DNA of 63,830 nt, filler included, from Octopus bimaculoides (taxonomy: Eukaryota), in NCBI RefSeq assembly GCF_001194135.2. It is 5 parts of 5 records of this genome, joined end to end, with 100 filler letters (N's around TTAATTAATTAA, not from the genome) between each part and the next. Parts side by side here need not be neighbours in the genome. Positions count along the whole stretch, not along the records: positions 61,775 to 63,830 come from NC_069010.1; 4 more parts are not named here. One strand, 5' to 3'. Shown here one piece after another: positions 62,051 to 63,830 of the stretch (within the stretch, counting starts at the first letter, position 1; every line of letters starts with the position of its first letter). The notes beneath the pieces are model-generated. The model did no database searches. It was not told the DNA's origin and saw only the letters and a list, made by a program, of their open reading frames with translations. Position numbers and translations under genes: made by a program.

Positions 62051-62229
62051 TCAGACTGGAATCTCAGATTGAAAAAGAGGCGTTGGCTATTATGTTTGGC
62101 GTGAAGAAATTTCACAGGTTCATTCACGGCCAATGCTTTTGGTTGCAAATGGACCCTAGACCTCTAATGATGATATACAGATCCAAAATCCTGCCACATA
62201 CAGTAAACAGACTGCAACAATTGAGGTAA
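62051..62229 (+). mobile_element. Ty3/Gypsy RNase H fragment
   Basis: SQIEKEALAIMFGVKKFHRFIHG..LQMDPRPL...NRLQ matches the Gypsy RH motif SQIEKEALAI.F.VKKFH.....TDH.PL...RLQRW. Confidence 0.85.
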
Positions 62230-62955
62230 TTTGAATTGAAATGAGACATGGTTTCCTGAGTCTGTCTGATGGAGGTCCTTGTGTGCTGGCAAAATTAAAC
62301 CTCACTGGAAATTGAGGTAATTTGAATTGAAATGAGACATGGTTGAATTGAAATGAGTCTGTCTGATGGAGGTCCTTGTGTGCTGGCAAAATTAAAANNN
62401 NNNNNNNNNNNNNNNNNNNNNNNNNNNNNNNNNNNNNNNNNNNNNNNNNNNNNNNNNNNNNNNNNNNNNNNNNNNNNNNNNNNNNNNNNNNNNNNNNNNN
62501 NNNNNNNNNNNNNNNNNNNNNNNNNNNNNNNNNNNNNNNNNNNNNNNNNNNNNNNNNNNNNNNNNNNNNNNNNNNNNNNNNNNNNNNNNNNNNNNNNNNN
62601 NNNNNNNNNNNNNNNNNNNNNNNNNNNNNNNNNNNNNNNNNNNNCTGAGTCTGTCTGATGGAGGTCCTTGTGTGCTGGCAAAATTAAACCTCACTGGAAA
62701 TTGAGGTAATTTGAATTGAAATGAGACATGGTTGAATTGAAATGAGTCTGTCTGATGGAGGTCCTTGTGTGCTGGCAAAATTAAAACTCACTGGAAATTG
62801 AGGCAATTTGAATTGAAATGAGACATGGTTTCCTGAGTCTGTCTGATGGAGGTTCTTGTGTGCTGGCAAAATTAAAACTCACTGGAAATTGAGGTAATTT
62901 GAATTGAAATGAGACATGGTTTCCCGAGTCTATCTGATGGAGGTTCTTGTGTGCT
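62221..62955. repeat. 91-bp tandem minisatellite spanning a gap
   Basis: Unit ctgagtctgtctgatggaggtccttgtgtgctggcaaaattaaacctcactggaaattgaggtaatttgaattgaaatgagacatggtttc; period 91 (62833 to 62924), with a variant junction in some units. Confidence 0.92.
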
Positions 62956-63539
62956 TACAATCTAATCGATGCATCCTATGCTCAGAGAAGACAGATAGAA
63001 AGAGGGGAGGGGATCTTTTCAGTTGCTGTCACAGGTTTTGAAATTTTAAAATTATGTGAAAAATTTTAGACTTTGTATTTACATGTAATTTTCGATGCTG
63101 AATCTGATTTTGTGATTCATTTAATCCAGAAAATTTTTTTACAAAAATGTTAGAGATGTTTTAAAGTTTGATTATTTTTTTTTTTTTGCCAAATCAGAAA
63201 GCAGGATTTGAAAGTTAGAAATTTTCTGTGTGATAGCTGTCTATCACAAAATGAAAGCAAATATTACAGCAAGAATGTTTCAGACAAAATGAAAGCAATT
63301 ACATGTCGTATCAAGAGAGATAGTGAGGAATAGCATGCGTGAGAGATATACATATATGGAGAAAAAAAGCGAGAGAATGTGGTAATTATATAGAGAGAGG
63401 AGGAAAGCATAAAATGCGGAGAGAGACAGACAGACAGATGGATATGATAGATAGAGGGGAGGTTTAGCGATCTAAAATTTGAGTTATTTCTCATATCAAA
63501 TTATATTTTTTGATTATTATTTACCAGAAACCTTCTCTT

Positions 63540-63791
63540 TGGGATGTATATATATATATGTGTGTGTGTGCGTGTGTGTATGTATATATGTATAACATAT
63601 ATATGTATATATGTGTGTGTGTGTGTATATATATATATATGCATATATTTATGTATATATATATATGTATTTATATATATATATATGTACAAATGTGTAT
63701 ATATATGTATATGTATATGTATTTATATATATATATATACATACACATATATATATGTATATATATGTATATGCATGTATATAAATATATG

Positions 63792-63830
<39 letters not shown>
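63540..63830. repeat. (AT)/(TG) low-complexity tract
   Basis: Direct inspection. Confidence 0.95.

Noticed and set aside
62256-62346. CTGATGG...GGAAA in the 91-bp unit as a possible hammerhead
   Set aside because: The core is CUGAUGG rather than CUGANGA, and no stem closes onto GAAA or an NUH site.

Overview
Eukaryotic, AT-rich, gap-riddled draft scaffold dominated by microsatellites and transposable elements. The SINE families and (AAT)/(AC)/(AT)/(TAG) load suggest a coleoid cephalopod, most likely Octopus (inference). One well-supported host gene is present: a secreted chitin deacetylase on the + strand. Exon 1 is 51265-51748 and exon 2 is 55752-56695, with a phase-1 GT-AG join giving 475 aa: signal peptide, CBM14-like domain with atypical Cys spacing, Thr/Ser linker, and a polysaccharide deacetylase domain with intact catalytic motifs encoded in a single exon. 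The rest is a dense TE record: two nested R4/Dong-type RLE LINEs, three Penelope-like elements (one nearly complete, with a foldable hammerhead ribozyme in its 3' region), Tx1/L1, RTE, CR1, HERO-like, Gypsy, Helitron, hAT and Tigger relics, MITEs and about five tRNA-SINE families. Several unclassified repeat structures and a few weak candidate exons of an unidentified minus-strand gene are also noted. Classifications come from manual motif recognition; no database searches were run, and TE boundaries are approximate unless a TSD or TIR is quoted.
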